In this document: in pieces, positions 62,990 to 64,000 of the stretch | How the letters are laid out: each line of letters begins with the position of its first letter | Position numbering within the stretch: the first letter of the stretch is position 1 | Source of the DNA: Ylistrum balloti | Lineage: Eukaryota | Length of the DNA stretch: 64,000 nucleotides | Reading direction: 5' to 3' | Assembly: GCF_031769215.1 (NCBI RefSeq) | Contig: NW_026782356.1 | Coordinates: forward strand, 1,364,001-1,428,000 | The notes under the pieces: generated by a model | What the model saw: only the letters and a program-made list of their open reading frames with translations | What the model was told of the DNA's origin: nothing | The model's database searches: none | Position numbers and translations under genes: made by a program

Positions 62990-63420
62990 CTAATATCGTT
63001 TGAGAAAGCCAAGATATTTGCTGTGAATGAACTCAAGTCAATGTGTCTGTCCCATTTCAAGTTAGATTGTAGTGTGACGCCAAAGTATTTTGCCAAATCT
63101 ATGATTAAAAGTATATTACCATGAAGATAATGCGTGAAATTTGGGACGATTAGTAGAAATTTCAAAACCGTACATTTAGTAGGCCAGTATCTTTTTGATG
63201 CGACGCCAATGTCTCATTGGAGATTTAGTGCATCTTTCTTAGACGAAATTTGCTTGTAGATGATGCTGTCGTCAGCGGAGAGTCGGAAAGTGTTGTGCTA
63301 AATGTAGTCAGAGAGGTCGTTGATATATATCAAGAAGCGAATAGGTCCCTGCACGGCCCCCTGTGAGACACCAGATGTCACTGGGACCGTGCTGGACTTA
63401 TACCACTGAGAGGGACCTTT
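62990..63420 (-). mobile_element. Decayed LINE reverse-transcriptase fragment
   Basis: Minus translation VTSGVSQGAVQGPIRFLIYINDLSDYI*HNTFRLSADDSIIYK, then KYFGVTLQSNLKWDRHI; RT motifs (GVPQG, FADD) with stops. Confidence 0.9.
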
Positions 63421-64000
63421 GACCTAGGTTTGGAAAAATCCATTAACTTTGGCCATATATATTGCATTATAAGAGGTTTGGTTTTCATATTTGGCATGGA
63501 TGTTCCTTGTCACGGACAAGAAATTTTCGGTGGTACAAACCTTTTAAAGATATATTTTTCAACTTTTTATCTGCGGTTGGATTTACACCAGAAATACATT
63601 CGCTACTAAATATCGACTTTATACACAACAGCATTAAAATTGGTAAATGTTGTTTTACATCCTGACATCAAGCGTCCTCCAGGTATTCGCTTCGTCTGGA
63701 ATCTATATCTAATCCGTGTACAGTGATCATGTTGTGTGTGATTACAATTCCGTACCTTCGACCTATGTCTCATTTCGGTTTTAGTGTGTAAATGTCATTT
63801 CCGTTCAGCGATCACCACTCGTTACGCTAAGAAACCATGTGGTTACCCCAGTGAATTAGGCATATCAGTCAACGTAGTCTAAGGATATCAAGCAGTCAGA
63901 CATTTTATGTTCAAAATGTCTAAGGAGAGAGAACAGGATGGCGAGAAAACACGGGATTGTATTGTGGTGAGTTATTAAAACACAATTAGACAAAGATTGA

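Overview
AT-rich, intron-rich animal genomic DNA. The SINE, Penelope and gene families suggest a bivalve mollusc (inference). The six-frame ORF track is mostly noise, so spliced genes were rebuilt by hand from GT-AG junctions and frame continuity. Genes: INO80C/Ies6 (minus, 5 coding exons); an uncharacterised ~502-aa XK-like multipass membrane protein with an N-terminal RHIM-like motif and prion-like segment (minus); two tandem paralogous single-MRH-domain receptors of the CD-M6PR/ATG27 type (plus, 7 exons each, identical intron phases); an AKR1-type aldo-keto reductase (plus, 10 coding exons); a secreted VWC-domain protein (minus, 3 exons); and the frameshifted last exon of a second VWC paralog. 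Between and inside the genes are LINE and Penelope fragments, V-SINE-like SINEs, MITEs, a 1.24-kb TIR element and many minisatellites. The main candidates for a second look are: (1) a pair of type I hammerhead-ribozyme motifs 344 nt apart, resembling a retrozyme, with a third copy in an intron; (2) the RHIM-like/XK-like protein; (3) 41-42 bp tandem arrays in both receptor paralogs that amplify an authentic exon end and its splice donor. Family calls rest on remembered motifs, not database searches.
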